Below, piece by piece: positions 63,105-64,000 of a stretch of DNA of 64,000 nt; position 1 is the first letter of the stretch; each line of letters begins with the position of its first letter. Under the pieces are notes generated by a model. That model saw nothing but the letters and a program-made list of their open reading frames with translations. It was not told the DNA's origin and searched no databases. A program made the translations under genes and the position numbers. Source of the stretch: Octopus bimaculoides (taxonomy: Eukaryota); the NCBI RefSeq assembly GCF_001194135.2, contig NC_068986.1:114347890-114411889 (forward strand), given 5' to 3'.

Positions 63105-63220
63105 TGTATGTATGTATGTATGTATGTATGTATATATGTATGAATATATATATATATGTATAGTGTGCATTTTATATAAATCTATAAGCATATACACATA
63201 TATACATATATATATGTGTG

Positions 63221-63341
<121 letters not shown>

Positions 63342-63506
63342 ACACGTGCGATGTATGTGTGTACATCGATATACGTTTATCCATTTTTCCTGTGTCCATT
63401 TTATATCTGTCTATTAGTCGTATCAGCCACTTGAATTAGCTAGTATTCACGTTGAAATGATTATATCCAAGGTAAAAAACAAAATACGCACGCTCTATTT
63501 CCTCAG

Positions 63507-63590
63507 ACGGCAAGGAATCAGATGAAAGCACGCCGTCTTAAATCTAAGATAGATACGGGTGGATGCCTTAAGCATCCTCATATCTTTCAG
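63507..63590 (+). other. Candidate 84-bp exon
   Basis: ctctatttcctcAG | 84 bp, open in phase 0 (TARNQMKARRLKSKIDTGGCLKHPHIFQ) | GTTAGC. No homology recognised. Confidence 0.25.
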
Positions 63591-63964
63591 GTTAGCCATT
63601 ACCAGGAAGAAAATATTTTTCAAAGGTTTGTGTATATGCATGAAGATGTACGCGTACGCACGTGTATGTATGTGAGTGAGTGTGTATCTGTGCGCGCGAT
63701 TGAATGTGTGTGTATGCGAGTGAGAGTCTGTGGAGGGAGGAGTGCATGTGTGTATGCAAAAGTTTATATATGCTTATGTCCAGGTAAACAAATGTATGTA
63801 AATATGTATGTATGAGTATACAAAAAATGGGGTACATAATATACATACATAATATGTTTCTAAGCATATGCATAGATATATGTATGTTAGCATATACATG
63901 TATATATATTTATATATGCACACAGACACACACACATATGTATGTGTATATGTAAGTATGTTTG

Positions 63965-64000
<36 letters not shown>

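Overview
This is AT-rich, microsatellite-saturated animal genomic DNA from a draft assembly, with 10 N-gaps totalling about 4.5 kb. The repeat families look like those of an octopod cephalopod (inference, not verified). I recognise no intact host protein-coding gene; nearly every listed ORF is microsatellite- or N-derived. The window is mostly decayed transposons: at least five tRNA-headed SINE families plus one AAC-tailed SINE-like family, and fragments of RTE, CR1-group, L1/Tx1 and R4/Dong-like LINEs. It also holds a Gypsy integrase, three Tc1/mariner pieces, a hAT MITE, two foldback MITEs, a Helitron remnant and Penelope-like (PLE) remnants. Best leads: (1) several repeat families carry PLE-type minimal hammerhead ribozyme motifs, one of them inside a tRNA-headed SINE; (2) an RTE LINE has a twin-priming-type 5' inversion; (3) a hAT MITE with a perfect 8-bp TSD carries a telomere-like TTAGGG tract; (4) R4/Dong-like fragments are chained in (TAA)n microsatellites; (5) a few splice-signal-bounded exon or microexon candidates lie near 42.5 and 61-63.6 kb. 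All family assignments come from manual translation and motif recognition, with no database searches.
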